A stretch of 64,000 nt of DNA, taken from Chrysomallon squamiferum. Taxonomy: Eukaryota > Animalia > Mollusca. Shown here in pieces: positions 18,083-32,500 of this stretch; the first letter of the stretch is position 1; the number at the start of each line of letters is the position of its first letter. The stretch is from assembly GCA_012295275.1 (NCBI GenBank), contig CM022676.1, positions 248,001 to 312,000 of the forward strand. Direction: 5' to 3'. The notes beneath the pieces are model-generated. The model ran no database searches. It had not been told where the DNA came from and saw nothing but the letters and a program-made list of their open reading frames with translations. The position numbers and the translations under genes were made by a program.

Positions 18083-18476
18083 TATATACTGAAACACTGG
18101 ATGGTCCTCAGATATTGAAACATTTCTGTTCACAAAAATTTCAATATGAGGCCAGCTGATATTCTTCACTACTGAAATATTTGTGATTTTCCTAAAACAT
18201 CTCAAACCTCAGTTTTGAAACATAAAAGTTTTGCTATGAAACGTCATGTATAGTACTTAGTTGTTGAAATATGACTAATGTGTATATCAAATCACTTTGG
18301 ATTTGAAAGAAGAAAGTATTTGACTTTAGAGATGGTAGAATATAACACTTCATATGTAGATTTAATGTAAAATTACTACCGATTTCGCTACAACCAATTT
18401 AAATTTGGCAAAGGCACAAGTTTCTTTTTGATGAATAAATTATGAATATCAGACCAAAATGGCAGCCTTAAATAAG

Positions 18477-19903
18477 TCAAATACTGTATGAGTGTCTCCT
18501 CTGTTTCTTATCAGGATTTGCAGGATTATCTGTAACATTATCTACAGGACTATCTATAGGATCGTCTGCAAGTTTATCTATAGGATTTTTTGCAGTTGAT
18601 GTCTGTTCTGGACTTTTGTCATTTTTTATTGTTGAGGTTTCTTCAGCTGATGTCTGATCTCTGGTATCATCCACAGGATCTTTATTATCTCCAGGTTCAT
18701 CATCATGCTCATGAAAAGAAGCAACAGCTGGCAGGTTGTTTTGTTCAATGGACGTGTTAGAGTCAGCCTCAATATCACTGACTGAGACAGAATTATCTTC
18801 CTTACATGATGCAGACACGTTTTCTCTCAATGCTCTCTGCAAGTCTCTCATTTTGGATGTCTTGTGTTCACTGACAGTTGAAAGCATCGATCCTTTTTGC
18901 TTTAGTCTTTCTGTTCGAAAGTTATCTAAAGCAGGTTTGTATGACTGCAGTGTTTCCAATGTTACAGTGGACGCTGCTGCTTCTGTCATCAGGTCTGCTT
19001 CATATGTCTCACCGTCTCTTTGCTGGTTCAGGTTTGATACCTTTTTCTGCAGACTCACTGATATTGGGATAGATTCATCGGCATAATCAGGACTGGGCAG
19101 TATTTCTGCAATTATTCTTTTATATCTTTTCTTCCTATCTGTTTTGTTTTGTTCCCTTTCTACCTGATTGATATTTTCATTATCTCCAGTTTCTTTCTGC
19201 TTTTTTCTTTTCTCTTCCTGTTTCTCTTGCTTCCTCTTTTTTTCTGCCTCTGCATTTTTTCTCTCAACCTCCATTTTGTCTACATCCACAGTTTGTTCTT
19301 CGTACGTTCTTTCTGTTTGATCTGGCTGTTTTTCATTGTCTCCTGTTTTTTCTTTCATCTCCTTCCTTCCTCTGTATTTCTGTTTTTCATTCTCCCATTC
19401 ATCTTCATTTGTCTTTCTTTCCTTATCTCCTTTCCTCACTTTCTTATCCTTTCTTCCTTCTTTCTGTCTTTCATCTGTTTCATTTTCTTTTTCTCTTTTT
19501 CTCTCTTCCGTCGCCTTTTTTCCTTCATATTTCTGTCTTTCATACTCCTTTCCATCTTCATCTGCCTGTTTCTCTTCATCTACCTTGTTTCCTTTTCTAT
19601 CATTATCTTTTTCTTCTTCAATAATTTCTCTGTCATCATCTGTTTCTTGATCCTTATCAAATTGTTCATCATCATCATTTTCTTTTTCATTCTTCCTGTC
19701 TTTGGTGTGACTGACATTACTGCTGAATATGACAGGATTTATCTCTGATTCTGAAGCACTTACATGTGAGTCGTTGTCTTGGCTTAATTTATCATGTGAT
19801 AAATTGTGTTCTTCATGATCCATTTTTTCTGTTAACCTTTTAGCAATCTTTTCTGCTTTTTCAAATGACTGTTCTTCATCTATTACATCCATACTCGCTA
19901 TGC
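18477..19903 (-). CDS. Gene B terminal exon: Glu/Lys/Asp-rich low-complexity intracellular region ending RRHSYSI*
   Basis: ttttttttcag acceptor; open for 474 codons (ORF 18477-19967). Confidence 0.9.
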
Positions 19904-21895
19904 CTGAAAAAAAAATTAAAAAAAGAAAAAAATGTGAGTGTGCCTGTCTGTCTGTCTGCCAATGCAAAAGGTTAAAATACAGGAGAGTATTATCTTCATT
20001 ATTTTTTTAAACCAGATTTCCCAAAATAAGAGAGTCACATTAAAAAAAATATATATCTTACTGTATATAATACATGATGATATTCTTGTTAAAGTACTGC
20101 TAAAGTCAAAACCCACACGTGACACAAGCTCTAACATTCTACTGTTACAACATGACCTCACTGACCTCTGCGGTAGCAGCACACGGCTGCAATGCTGCTG
20201 ATAATTACAGTGAGTGCTGCAGCAAGGATGATGTAAGGTATTGCTGATTCTGCTTTAGGTTTCTCTTCTGTAAATGAAACTAAATATAAATATAATAACA
20301 ACAGTAATGATAGTAATAGTAACAAAAAATAATAATAATAATAATAATAACAACAATAATAATAATAATAATATCAACAACAACAAACAAGATGTTTTCC
20401 AAAAATGTCACAATAGATCTTTTTGCTTAGGCTAAATAATTTATATGGAAATTGATGCAATAAATCCTTTTTCTTCATTTCTCTTATTCTCTCTCTTCAT
20501 GTTTTTATTTTCATGTAAGTTTTAATCTTCTTTGAAAACAGTATCTTTCATAATTTTATGCAAATTTTATATAAATATTATAACAAAATTTAATTACTCT
20601 TTTTTTGTTAATGCATCATTTACTAAAAACTATGAATGCAGTTTAGTGGCATTACAACCAACATTCCTTTGACATTGCCAAAGAAAAAACTAAATTAGTT
20701 AACTGTCAAATTGTGACAAGTTTATAGTATTCAAAGTGTTTGGAAGTTATAATTTCACAGACATTACTGATTTGAATATGCATGACTAAAACCTAAATGA
20801 TATTAATAAATTACTTCATCATTTATGTGCAACATGTATAAACAGAAATACCCAGTAACAAAAATATTAACACATTTAAATCATCTAGAAAATAAATTTA
20901 ATTACAATAAAACTTTTTGGATAACCAAAAAAGATTCTAGATTAATAAAAAAATAAAGGAAGAGAAAAATCTGGCAGAAATTATTAATTAATCAACATTC
21001 TCTGTAAAATACTCTTTACAATCAACATATGTATTTAATTAAAAACAGAAATTAAAGTCTCATATTACCTTTAGCTTGATTTCTTAGGTAAAAATAAAAG
21101 ATCCGTGATGCTCCCTTTGAACTGAAACCCCTGCATGTGTAATACCCCTTTTGATCTACCTTCTGAAATGTGACTGCATGTGACTGACCATCAACACCCT
21201 CTATTGTAACATTGTTGTGTGTCCAGATATACCGGTCTGGTTTGGGAATCCCTGTTACTGGACATTTGAGAACAACAACACGTCCATATTTCAGATTTAA
21301 CTTTACATCATCCATATTAACTCTTGGAGGATCTGACATGAAAAACAATTGAAAAAAATAAAATAGCAGGCAAATAGTTTAATACAGGCAAATCTGTCTA
21401 AAATTCCTGTGGCAAGGTCATGGGCTACTGGATTTGTCAGAAAGCATAAATTTCAGTAAAACATACTGTTACATATTTAAATTAAACTATTATGTAACTA
21501 TAATTTAGATTTTTACAAGGTTAATTAAATCAACATGAGTAGTAAGACCTTTATTAACACAACTGTGGCTGGAACTGAAAATCATGACTTACATTTTACA
21601 GTAATTGTGACTTCAAGAACTCTGCTTCCTTTGGTGTTGTTGGCAATGCATGTTATTTCACCATTGTCACTTGCTTTTGTCTTCTCAATCACTAGCTTTG
21701 GACCATCTGAGATTTTTGTTTCTCCTTTGTACCAAGCTGTGTCCTTTTTAGAAATACCATCAGCAACACACACAATCTCCAGTTTCTTGTTCTCATCCGT
21801 CACTACAGGACTTGCTGGTATAGACATAATTGTGCTTTCACCATCTGCATCCAGAAATGAAAATGAAATAAAAAATCAAACACATACGAAAAGAA

Positions 21896-21934
<39 letters not shown>

Positions 21935-22811
21935 CAATACAGGCACACACATATTCAACTTATTGATTTTACACACAATACAAACTTATTACTGATACAA
22001 CAGTATTAATAACATTATTTAAAAAAAAAAAAAAAAAAAAAAGAACAACTATTTTCATTTAATTTTTCTTTCACAGACCAGAAGTAATCTTACACACTAA
22101 TATTTTATTATTAGCAACATTGTGCTCCAGTAGTATAGAAAACAGTCACTTGAAAATATACATAATAATTCTATCTAAGTTAATTGTCTTTGTAACTTTC
22201 TAATTTTTTATTTCAAAATGATCAAAACAGAAGAAAACAAATGTCTGCAGGTTTGGGCTATTTTTAATTTAATGTTTTTCCTCTAAAGAAGGTACAGGTA
22301 TACCGTAACTTACTACTTACAGACAATGTCCAAAAACAGCACATTACTTTTCTTAACTCCAAGTTTGTTGTGTGCAATGCAATAATAATACCCTTCATCA
22401 GTAGACCTCAAAGGCATGATGATCATATTGGAAACCATTCCCAAACCTGCACCAAAATAATGTTTGCCTTGCACAATTGATTTTCTTGTTGTATTATCAT
22501 CCCTAGATTTCTGGAAGAACCACTGAAGTCTGTCTATGTCAGGGTGACTTGAAGATCTGCAGGACAGCTTGGCAAACGATCCTGTTACAGGTTTATCCGT
22601 TTCTAAAACAAGGGTCACCTCAGGTGGGTCTGATTAACAAATGAAAACAAAATTATCAATATTTAGTAAAGAAATATTTGATTATTTGTATACTTCAGAA
22701 TAGTAAATATCACAGGAAAACTAATAATAATATTAATTCCAGTTCTAAGCATTCAAGACGAAGGTGATTCACAACTTCTAATAATAATAAGAAGAAATTT
22801 GACCAACAACT

Positions 22812-22844
<33 letters not shown>

Positions 22845-24970
22845 GTATGTTTGTGTGTTTATGTACTCACATACAAACATATATAAAGTAGAAGCAGATA
22901 TAGAGTTATTTAAAATGTATTTTGACAGTCTTCATATTTGCAAAGATACACTTTTAAGGAATAATAGTTCCAACTATTAGCCTCAAAGATGAAAAAATGT
23001 ACATGCAAACACACACAAAAACAACAACATTATTTTGGAACAATAATAATAGCATTTTCTTTCATGTAGGCAGATATTTGTGTCACTTGTTGCAGACTGT
23101 CAACTACAGCCAGTTCTGACACTTTTATAACTGAAACTATGCTACACCTAACAACAACTAGAAAACAAAAATCAAGAAGAAACAAAATAAAAATAATTAT
23201 TAGTATTGTCAAGCAAATGATTGTGTATACATAATAATGTACAAAAATAAAGATTAAAATACACAGTTCACTGATAAAGTATTCTGGTTCAACATGGCTG
23301 AATGGATGACTGATTACACTTGTTTACTAATTACCAACACCAGGTAAACAACAGTTTTCACAGCACCTGCCCGGCAGTCTGGCCACAGTCTCATTAAAAG
23401 AAATTTTATTTTTACAAACTCACATTCCACTATGATATCAATCTTCGAGCTTGATGCAAAACCCACGTCATTTGATCCTTGGCAGTAATAAAATCCAAAA
23501 TGTTTCTTTTGAAGAGATCTGATAGTCAGCTCAGACTCATTTCTGCTTGTCACAATCTCAAAGTCCCCACTTGTTGTTATTTCCTGTCCTTTGGTTTCAT
23601 TAATTTTTTGTTTCATCCATGCCAGGTGATCGACCTGAGGAAACGCATGCACTGTACATTTAAGGTTTACATCTCTTCCTCTCGCCATACTTTCTGGCCC
23701 ATGAATGACTATTATTGGTGTATCTGAGAAAAAAAAAAAAAAAAAATGAAAAAAAAAGGTTTAAATTATAAAATTAATGATATTATGTTTCCATAAATTA
23801 ATGCATATTTGTTTTTATCAACAAATTTATAACAAATTGAACAAATAAGACAATTTTTGCCATCTTCATAAATTTTCAATCTGAACAAAATAAATGTATT
23901 TTTGTCACAATTTTAGTCTTTGAAAAATCTGTTGATCACACCCATATGTTAAAGTTTCACTAAAAGTCTAATATATCAAAACCTTTTTCAATACTGAATC
24001 AACCTTTTTTATTTCAATTTTAAAACCAAAACTGCAACTTGTTAACTAAAATCACATCTATTAAAAATATATATTTAAATTTAAAACTTTTAAAATCCAC
24101 CAAAATCAGTCACATTGATATTGTTTCATGAAATATATATTTTTGCAGATTTGTGATATCCTTTTCACATCTTCTTTCTGATTCCAAACATTACTGAAAA
24201 CATGTGACTATCTTAATTAATTGTTTCTAAATAAACCTGTAATGATTTCATTTGTTGTACTATTACAGCAATTACTCAACACTGATGTTAATTTCACCTT
24301 AAACATAAACTTAAAAAAATAAAAAATAAAACCATTGCAGAAATTATTTTGGAAAAAAATATCTAACTGAAAAATTAGGTAAAAATAAAGAAAATTAATG
24401 TTTTGGACATGTAGTCTGAAAGTTTCTATGAATGTGACTCATTCTGGTGGATGGAATTATGTCTTACATCTCACATGCAGATTGTACGTCTGCATGGTTT
24501 TCTGGTTTATGTCCTGACATGTGTATACTCCAGAATCGTTTCTTCTTAAATCAATTATTGACAAAGTTTTTGATGTTGCATCATTGACAAACACAAGATG
24601 AACGTCTTTGCCCTCAACCAGGGGTTGTGAATTTTTGGTCCATTTCACTTGAACATTTTCACCATCACTAATCTCACAGGACAACTCAGCAGTCTCCCCT
24701 TCTGATTTAAGTAATGTTATATCTGGATCTAAAACATTGGTTTTAGCCATTTTAAAACAATATCACGTTACTAACTTTATAAACAATAATTTAGTGCTAC
24801 AGTTTCATGTGATAACTTGAGAAAAAGATTTTAGAAAATACCAAAAGTTAAACTATCTGTATATTTGTCAATCCATTGAGAAACAGATACTCACCATCCA
24901 TAGCAAATACTTGAAATACTAGACAAACTGTACAAATAATCACACACCCGACAGATTCTGACAAAACCAT
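18477..24970 (-). CDS. IgSF gene B: type I membrane receptor, SP + 5 Ig + TM + ~474-aa charged cytoplasmic tail (~996 aa)
   Basis: Exons 24895-24970, 24468-24728, 23424-23723, 22321-22629, 21593-21844, 21069-21332, 20166-20267 and 18477-19903. All are GT-AG and phase 1 and join into one open frame. Confidence 0.93.
20166..20267 (-). CDS. Gene B transmembrane exon (EEKPKAESAIPYIILAAALTVIISSIAAVCCYRR)
   Basis: 102 nt, phase 1-1; hydrophobic helix followed by CC and RR stop-transfer. Confidence 0.9.
21069..21332 (-). CDS. Gene B Ig domain 5 exon
   Basis: PPRVN..LKCPVTGIPKPDRYIWTHNN..KGYYTCRG. Confidence 0.92.
21593..21844 (-). CDS. Gene B Ig domain 4 exon (252 nt)
   Basis: IPASPVV..IVCVADG..AWYKG..DNGEITCIANNTKG. 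Confidence 0.92.
22321..22629 (-). CDS. Gene B Ig domain 3 exon
   Basis: PPEVTL..LSCRSSSHPDIDRLQWF..DEGYYYCIAHNKLG. Confidence 0.92.
23424..23723 (-). CDS. Gene B Ig domain 2 exon
   Basis: TPIIVIHGP..LKCTVHAFPQVDHLAWMK..HFGFYYCQGSNDVG. Confidence 0.92.
24468..24728 (-). CDS. Gene B Ig domain 1 exon
   Basis: EGETAELSCEI..VKWTKN..LSIIDLRRNDSGVYTC. Confidence 0.92.
24895..24970 (-). CDS. Gene B signal-peptide exon (MVLSESVGCVIICTVCLVFQVFAMD)
   Basis: ATG, hydrophobic core, gtgagt phase-1 donor. Confidence 0.85.
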
Positions 24971-25063
24971 CGTGTATTAGCTATCAGCAGACAGGAGTCA
25001 GCGAGTTAACAGCGACAGTTAGCAACTCATTTTTGTTTCAATTCTAGCTACAATGAAGCAACA

Positions 25064-25099
<36 letters not shown>

Positions 25100-25429
25100 A
25101 TAATAACAACAACATGAAGATAGTTATTTTTATTAGTCTTGTAACTGCTATGTATATTAATATTAAAGCTTATGTTACTGCTATTATTATTACAACTTCT
25201 ACCAGTAGTACTGTTTTTACTGTTATTACTACTTCTTTTCATACTCCTGCTACAGCAACAACTACTATTTGTACTATTACTACCACCATTATTAATATTT
25301 CAATTACTCCTAATATTAGTACCATTGGTAAAACAACTATTACTTTCATTGTATTACATTCATTAATGATTACTAACTCTATCAAAATGCTAAATAGTAT
25401 TACCTCTATTACTACTACTGAGTCTTCAG

Positions 25430-25469
<40 letters not shown>

Positions 25470-25506
25470 TAAAATAAAGAAGAACAAAGATAAAACAGTT
25501 TTTGAC

Positions 25507-25546
<40 letters not shown>

Positions 25547-26449
25547 ATTATTATTATTATTATTATTATTTTAGCCTTACGGGTTTTGAAAATATATATG
25601 TACTAACTTTTCCCCTTATCTCAGTGTCTAAACTGACGGCGTATGTCTGGCTGACCATGCATACTGTGTGCCATCAGGTTCTTCCATCTCCAGAGGAAAT
25701 ATTATTTTGTGAACGCTTGACGACAAGTCATCGTGATTGATTCTCCGACTGAAACCTTCTAAAGAGTATCCTTACTTTTTATCTCAAGTATGCAGACCAA
25801 AGTTTTATCTCAAGTATGGAAATATTAAACAAAAATTAAAATTAAAAATCCTGAAATTCCTAGCCTTGTTTTTCAAAAATCAACAAGAGCGCCTTCCAAT
25901 AACAATATTTTTTACAAGACTGTCAGTCACTTGATTTGACTGCATAACAGTCACAATTAGTAAATAAAATTATGAAGGAGAAACATAAATTTAATATTAA
26001 TCTGAATGTTTAACGACAACAAAATAAAACAAAAAAGAAACGAATAATTACAATAGTTTGAACATTAATTTCAGTAGCAACTTTTTAACTTCCTAACGTG
26101 ACGTAACTTCCTCTCAGTTCGAGTCAAAGGTAGAGAATCGAGTCGTTAATGATCAACGGAGTAGGCCTGCGAACAAAATTTTGTAAGGAAATCATAAAAT
26201 TTGATCCGAACATTCGCGTTGTAATCAATTTACTATAATATTGTTAGGAAACTTTTCAGATCTAACAGTAAATCTACTTAAACATACACACAAAATCGTT
26301 ATGTTTTTTTTTCATGTATGTTGTTGTTTGTATGAAACATAAAATTTAACGCACAGAGGGCTTAATAAACGAATATGTGTATTAAAAAATATATATTTCT
26401 CACAAATGTTAACATAAACCAAAAAGACAGAAATTTTTGCTTTATAAAA

Positions 26450-26503
<54 letters not shown>

Positions 26504-27057
26504 CTCTCTCTCTCTCTGATATTCTGCCATTTTTACATAAGATCTAATAATATGATTAATCACTAACCTGCTTTTAAACGTACATACCTTTTTGATTATT
26601 ATTATTATTATTATTATTATTTTATATTTTTATTTATTATAATTATTTTTTAATTATTTGTTTTTTATTTTAATTTTATCTTTATTTATTTATTATTTTT
26701 ATTATAATCATGTGTTGTTGTTTTTAAGTCTGAAACTTAATTGGCAAAATATATCTAAAAACAAATGGCCATACAGTAATACTTTATTGATATAAAAAGG
26801 CAAATAAAAGATTAATTATTTACCGTATTATGATGATGATGATGATTAGTAGTAGTAGTAGTGGTAGTGGTAGTAGCAGTATTGCAACAGAAATCGCATC
26901 ACACTTAGTTGGCGTAAGTAAATAAAACCATTTATAAAAATAAATAATAATAATTATTATTATTGTTTACGAGTTATGTCAGTCAAAAGCTCCGAGTTAA
27001 ATAGTTAAGAAAAAATGTTTAATTATTATTTATTTATTTATTTATTTATTTATGTAT

Positions 27058-27088
<31 letters not shown>

Positions 27089-27118
27089 TTATTATTAGTA
27101 GTAGTAGTAGTAGTAGTC

Positions 27119-27149
<31 letters not shown>

Positions 27150-27721
27150 TTAAGATTATACGATTATTATTAACTTCTTACATTATATATTAAGACTGTA
27201 TTGGCATGGCATGAATATAATTTTTTTTTGAAAATGTTTTGTTAATAATAGTCTTGCACAGAAAGTATTTTATTTTATTTTTTTAAATCACATAATTAGC
27301 TTGGGCAGTTAATTTAATACTGTTACATCGAAGTATCGGGAAGTGAAAAATACACTGACAGAATCGTTTAACTTGATTTTCGATGTCAATGAATAATAAT
27401 AATAATAATAATAATAGTTTGTATTCTATTTAACTGGCGCGAAATTTAGGTTTGCATAAATTCTCTCCCTTCGAATTTCCGGAAGCTACTAATAATGTCA
27501 GGTAACTACGAAGAACATAAATTTAATCTTGAAAAGCAAGTGCTGTTTTCTTGAATTGTGAAGAGCATGTTAGGAAAACATTTTCAAATTCAAAGAAAAA
27601 TCCAGCATTTGACGAAACTTCGGTATTTTTGGTGCTTTATTTTTTATTTATTTTTTTTATTTATTTATTTATTTTTTTTTTTTTTTTTTGCTTTTACCCT
27701 TCAAAATTATATAAGAAATTT

Positions 27722-27772
<51 letters not shown>

Positions 27773-28687
27773 AAAGAATAAAAGAAAGAAAGGAAAAAGA
27801 AATGTAAAACAAAAAATATATTTTGGCAACGATTTTTTTTATTTATTTTTTTTTTTTTTTTTTTTTTTAACAATGATGACAAATACTTTAGCCATTTATA
27901 AATAAGTTTATAATTTAACCCTTTTTTTTTCTTAATTAAAATTTTGAGTATTTAAACTTTAAAACAAAAATATTTTTCTTAATTAAAAAAAAATGTTTTT
28001 GTTTTAAAGTTTAAATACTCAAAATGTCCATTGTCTGTTCCCCTCAGAAAACAATGTAGAAGTACATTGGTCCATAGCTCTTTTTTTTTCAGCATCCTCT
28101 TTCAACTCGTATCATTTCAGTCTACATTAAGAATGGCAAAGTGTTTTCTGATTCTTCATGGTAAACAAAATACAACAAGAACAAATTCCTACAAATTTCC
28201 AATACAACGACTCTTTAATCTTTTTTTGTGCCATTATACGTAAAAAATAAAAATAAACTGAAATATTTAGACGTTAAAAACAAGTATCTTATATTTATTT
28301 ATTTATTTATATATTTTACTTTATTTGTATTGTTATATCATATTTGCCGATGGTTGGCCCTGAGTGACATGAACTGTCACAGGTGATAAAACTGATAAAA
28401 CTTATTTAATCAACAACCAGGTTTTCTTAACCCCTCCCCAATACCACAACAAACTTTTCAAACATGACAGTTACTGATTTGAAAACAATTTCCTTAGACA
28501 TTAAATCAGTTATAAATATTTATTTATTTATGTTATTACTTCTTTTTTTTTAAATTATAATATTTGTTTATTTATTTAGATTATTTTACTTTTTACTTTT
28601 TAAGTTTGTGTGTGTTTTATTCTGAACCTAACTTCACATTGTGACCTAATAGTATTGCTGTATTGCAGTTTCCTTTTTCCATTCTTT

Positions 28688-28743
<56 letters not shown>

Positions 28744-28818
28744 TTTTTATTTTTTATTAATAGTTTCTAGGTCCACCATTTCAATTATTTCATATTTGAA
28801 TATTTGTCCTGTGAACTG

Positions 28819-29235
28819 ATGTTTCCCTGGATTATAGCAGAATCCCTCTGCATTTTATTTATAAAATTACAGTTTGCTAAGCAAGGTAAGTGCATGTGAT
28901 TTCAGAATAGCGTCCATTCATTCTTTAGTCCAAATAAATACTTTAATTTAAAAATGTATTCATTTTAGTATGCTGGTGGTAAGATTATAACACCAGAATT
29001 CAGAAGAATATTCATAAAGTGATTCTTTCTTAGTAATTACACAGACAAAAACAACTAGTTGAACATACAGTATTTGTAACTATAGATCATTATGTTTTAC
29101 TTTGCTTTGACATCTCTGCATGAAGACAGAAGACTAAACACATAATGACAGCTGCTATGTTAATGACAATTTCTAATACATATTCAACTAAATTGTTAAA
29201 AAAACATTTATCTTCTTCAAAAAGTAACTAAATCA

Positions 29236-29267
<32 letters not shown>

Positions 29268-29410
29268 TAATGTATTTTCTTTTAAATTTTGGGTGTATGT
29301 GATTATTGTTTTCTAACATATTTCATTTGTTTTATTTTTCTTTTCATAGAAGATGTAGGAAAAAATAATAATGCATCAGATAGGTTTTGTAAGTATGTTT
29401 CAAACAGAAC

Positions 29411-29456
<46 letters not shown>

Positions 29457-29476
29457 CACACATAATCACTAGCTGT

Positions 29477-29539
<63 letters not shown>

Positions 29540-32500
29540 ATGTATGTATGTATTATTTTCAAAATAATTCCCGCTATTTTGTCAACACTGCTGATACTCA
29601 AGCATTAATTATTATACTTCAATGCACGTGTAATATAAGCGGCCGTCATTAACATTGTAATAATGCATTTCTAGAAACATCCCGTTTCGATCATGTTAAT
29701 ATTTCATTATATTTCTGTTGAAACACACGTTTTAATAATATTTCGACATTCCAAATAATAATAAGAAGAAGATGAAATGAATAAATACACATTCTTATTC
29801 CTCAATATTAATTGTTAAAATTTTATTTATTTATTTATATTGTTAGAGGTTTTTGTTTGTTTGTATTGGGTATATATTATTATTTTTTTGGGGGGGGGAT
29901 ATTTTTGTTATTGTTATTTTAGGGTTTTTATTTTTTAATTTTTGTTTTTATTATTATTATTATTTTTATATATAGTGTCGTGTATTGCTTTATCTTTTAA
30001 CACATTGTTACTTCTTTCTTATTTATTTATTTATTTATTATATTTATAGTACCCTTACTGTGTTCAAAGTACTTACAGTGCAAAAGGATAAATAAAAAGA
30101 TGATAAGATATGGACATAAATATATAAAAAATAATGGTGAATGTCTTAAAATGAATGTAAAATTATGTAGCTGGATTTAGAATATTAAAAAACTGTTGTT
30201 CTGTTGCACTGATTGTTTGGTGATTACTTCACAGACTCGCCTAACAACACAAGAACTCGGCCAGCAGATTCTGTGACACTGACAGAGGGAATGGACGCAC
30301 AAATCCGTTGTTTGGCAGACGCTTATCCTCCAGCTGAATTCAAGTGGTTCAAAAACAACACACTGATTGGTTTTGGATCGACCTTGAATTTGAGCTGGGT
30401 TTCTCATGATGACAGTGGCAAGGTTGACTGTGTAGCTTCAAATGTGAAGGGTTCTGACAGAGCTAGTGTCATTATTACTGTCCAGAGTGAGAATATTACT
30501 GTTTGTCCTCCTGTATGTGTGTATATAAGTATGTGTGTCTGTTTCTGCTTGTCACTCTGTAAGCTGTTATTGCATATCTCTATATACATATAATGTGTGT
30601 GAATCTGTTTATTTCTGTGTATATATGCATACATGTGTGTTTGTGTGCATGTGTGTGTGGCTATACAAACATACTTGCATATATGTATATAATTTATTTA
30701 ATTTTTCTTATTGTTTTTCTAATTTGGTTGTTAATTTTTTGCTTTGTTTTGTTTTACTATTTTATTCTAATTTTTTTTACAATTATTTCACTTTTTTTTC
30801 TTAATTATTAATTTTTCTTATATTTATATTGTTATTGGTTAATATTTTTTTCAAATTTATCTATTTATATTTTGTACTTTTTAATTCTTACTTCATTTTA
30901 CACTGCCCATAACTTTGTGAATAGGTCTCTTTTCATCGGAAAAAAAAGTGAAAATATTTCCTGTCTTTCGTGGAACCACAACTACCTTGCAGTGTCCCCT
31001 CCAGTCAATGCCACCTGCAACCTCTTTGTTCCTGTGGACCTATGAAGGCCAGACACTGAAAGAACAGGGAATGTCAGTGATAGTGAATACCACAAAATAT
31101 GGGTCACCATCATTCGGAATGTACTCCTGTACAGTTATCGGTGCAAATGGATCAGTCTCAAAAACAGTGTTCATCCGAGTTGTAGAAAAACCAGTAGCAA
31201 TAGGTCAGTTTGAAATGTGTCTGAGAGAGAGAGTGAGAGAGTGAGAGAGAGAGAGAGATACACACACACAAAGAGAGAAACAGAAAGACAAGGATACAGA
31301 GTTAGTGACTGTGTGTGTATGAAAGAGAGTATGCACATATCTATCTTATATAGTAAAGAGAGAAGGCTGGAAAAGCACAGAACAAGAGATATATATGACT
31401 AATAAAATAATTTTAAAATTGTACTTACTGGAATGAAGCAGAGATGGAGAGAGAAAGGGAAGGGAAAAAGAAAAACTATATCACTAGATTGCAGCTATCA
31501 GTTTTCTATTATTGTCTGTCTCATATCACCTGTTTTGTTAATTTATATATAACCTTGACATGAAATCAGTTTTGCATTAATAGTAAAATACCTTTTCCTA
31601 ATATTAACTGGGGCAGTCGTCCCGAAAATATCAGTTATTATGCTATTTTGATGTATGCTGTGCTTGAAAAAGGACAAAAAAAATTTGAATAAATATTGTC
31701 TAAATGTTGATATATTAATCCTATTCTGATTACATAACTCTGATTAAATTTGAAAAGTTTTTCTGACACAGAATATTTACATGTATTCAAATATACAGTA
31801 TAATATAAATATATATATTTACTTTCATTACAGCAAAAACACTCTATCATTTATAAATTTTAAATTGATTAAAACAAAAAAAACTCTGGTGGTAAAACAC
31901 TACATTATATAGTGTATATATGTGCAGAATTTGGTACAGAGCAATATAATTAAAATATATTGTTCACAGGTTAATTTGGACAAAAAGACACAAACCTTCC
32001 AATCTGAAATCTCCATCACTGATTTAATCCAGCATTAGACTAACTAAAAAATCAGTTAAAATTTGACATGTCTTATGACTAGTATTTTTTTTTTTAGCAA
32101 GTAAGTATAGCTGACCAACCAATCAAAACAGTAGCAGATTGTTATCTTCTTGTCAGTAGCAAAGTAGAAAGTACAGAATCAGTAATAATTTGGTCTTTAT
32201 TATTAATACTGTTATATTTAGTTATTATTTTATTTTTATTATTTATTTATCAGTTTATTGTATCACTTAAATATGTACAATGACAAGTTGACATTCAGCA
32301 ATAATTATATTTCTTTTAGTGTAACAGGTTGTCTGAATTTCAGTAATTGCAGTGTATGTTGTTTGATTGTGACAGACCTCTTTACATCACAGTTAACAAC
32401 AAGTTTGGACATGCTGTTAATATAATAACACTGTGGGCTAAGACCATTCATAAGGACACTCACTGAAATCAGGAATATTTGTTTTCAGTGACATACGATG

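Noticed and set aside
17446-18159. Repeat proteins of 204 and 226 aa, or a CRISPR-like array
   Set aside because: Head-to-tail identical units without unique spacers, in a eukaryotic context; the ORFs result from a stop-free 57-bp unit.
18736-19748. Plus-strand Phe/Ser-rich ORFs
   Set aside because: Antisense shadows of the purine-rich terminal exon of gene B.
23030-23212. Possible alternative terminal exon of gene B giving a secreted 2-Ig form
   Set aside because: An acceptor-like site exists, but the peptide has no recognisable features and there is no other support.
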